From: Alphaproteobacteria bacterium
GTDB lineage: Bacteria; Pseudomonadota; Alphaproteobacteria; Micavibrionales; UBA2020
Reading direction: 5' to 3'
DNA: 64,000 nt
NCBI GenBank assembly: GCA_965279315.1
Contig: OZ257145.1
Span: 1,485,536-1,549,535 of the forward strand
Positions 63,135 to 64,000 of this stretch are shown piece by piece. The stretch's first letter is position 1, and each line of letters opens with the position of its first letter. The notes under the pieces are model-generated. The model had not been told where the DNA came from. It saw only the letters and a program-made list of their open reading frames with translations, and searched no databases. The translations under genes and the position numbers were made by a program.

Positions 63135-64000
63135 ATGGCTCTTCTCGTCGGCGATCAAGATACATTGGCGGATGGCTTTCCGGATGACGTCATTATCATC
63201 AGCGGCGGCGGTAACCACACACTCCTTGGCCTGACGGGTAACGATTACCTGCAAGGCGGCGACGGCGACGACCTCTTCGATGCCGATGTCGGCACTTACA
63301 CAAACGCCGCAGTCGGCATCGACATCATGGTCGGCGGGCTGGGCGACGATACTTACACTGTCGATAATGCGTCCGACCAGGTCGTGGAATTCGCAGGCGA
63401 AGGCACTGACACCATCCTTGCATCCGTCAGCTATACGCTGGCACCCAGCGTCGAAAACCTCACGCTCATCAACTCGGCCGCGAACGGCACGGGTAACGCC
63501 TTGGTGAACACCATCACCGGCACCGGTATGACAAACACGCTGAACGGCGGCGCTGGCGCGGATACACTGGACGGCGGCCTTGGCGGCAGCGATACATTTG
63601 TGGTCGATAACATAGGTGATGCCGTCATCGGCGTGTCGGGACTAGCCACCGATATCATCACGGTCATTTCAAGCGTGACCTATGAATTGCAGGGCGCGAC
63701 AGCCGTCCAGCAGAACAACATCAACGTCTCCAACGTGACCCTCACTGGCACCGCCGCCATCAATGCGACCGGTAACGGCAAGGATAACATCATTGTCGGC
63801 AACGCGGCGGTCAACACGCTGGATGGCGGCGGCGGCGGTAACGACACGCTGGATGGCGGCGGCGGCGCAGATACACTGATCGGCGGCAACGGCGACGACA
63901 CCTATGTCATCGATAACGCGGGCGACGTCATCCTCGAACTGGCTGTCGCGGAAAGCGACAGCATCCGCTCCAGCATCACAATCGACATGAACCGCGCGAA
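63135..64000 (+). CDS. RTX-type (hemolysin-type calcium-binding repeat) protein, 5' part, continues beyond the window
   Basis: GGAGGA 8 nt upstream of ATG 63135. I translated 288 codons with no stop: MALLVGDQDT..LQGGDGDDLF..VGGLGDDTYTVD..NGGAGADTLDGGLGGSDTF..LDGGGGGNDTLDGGGGADTLIGGNGDDTYVID.. Absent from the ORF track because it has no stop in the window. Confidence 0.8.
   Translation, partial: MALLVGDQDTLADGFPDDVIIISGGGNHTLLGLTGNDYLQGGDGDDLFDADVGTYTNAAVGIDIMVGGLGDDTYTVDNASDQVVEFAGEGTDTILASVSYTLAPSVENLTLINSAANGTGNALVNTITGTGMTNTLNGGAGADTLDGGLGGSDTFVVDNIGDAVIGVSGLATDIITVISSVTYELQGATAVQQNNINVSNVTLTGTAAINATGNGKDNIIVGNAAVNTLDGGGGGNDTLDGGGGADTLIGGNGDDTYVIDNAGDVILELAVAESDSIRSSITIDMNRA

Noticed and set aside
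60040-64000. Genomic island or integrative element next to the tRNA-Thr gene.
   Set aside because: There is no integrase, no direct repeat of the tRNA 3' end, and no obvious GC shift. The flanking genes are ordinary metabolic (puuA/puuB-like) and transporter genes.

Overview
64-kb GC-rich (about 60% by eye) chromosomal segment. Gene content and codon usage look alphaproteobacterial, but that is inference because no search was possible. I call about 60 protein genes, one tRNA-Thr(CGU) and one tandem glycine riboswitch. The backbone is housekeeping: tkt, gcvT-gcvH-gcvP behind the riboswitch, a fadD-like acyl-CoA ligase, trpS, ileS, dps, typA/bipA and a 1104-aa class-A-like PBP. Poorly understood modules are interleaved, and I rank these highest for follow-up. 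(1) Four diverged DUF808/YedI-type membrane paralogues (3881-9615), interrupted by a two-gene insert. (2) A translationally coupled pair of ~530-aa exported paralogues sharing an HExxH-C motif and no family I can name (43297-46466). (3) A polyamine cluster of ODC, deoxyhypusine-synthase-like, NUDIX, SAM-MTase and agmatinase-like genes (38734-43140), with puuA/puuB-like catabolic genes 17 kb away. (4) A 50-aa 4xGSC cysteine-repeat peptide divergent from a periplasmic protein with two HxHP repeats (51599-52864). (5) An orphan ATP-synthase delta/OSCP-like gene overlapping (TAATG) a 917-aa DUF2339-like membrane protein. (6) A family of nested-hairpin palindromic intergenic elements with three full copies. 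Two genes are broken by 1-nt deficits in C runs within the same AAGCCCCG context, which may be assembly artefacts. I saw no transposase, integrase, CRISPR array or rRNA. An RTX-repeat ORF running off the 3' edge is missing from the supplied ORF track.
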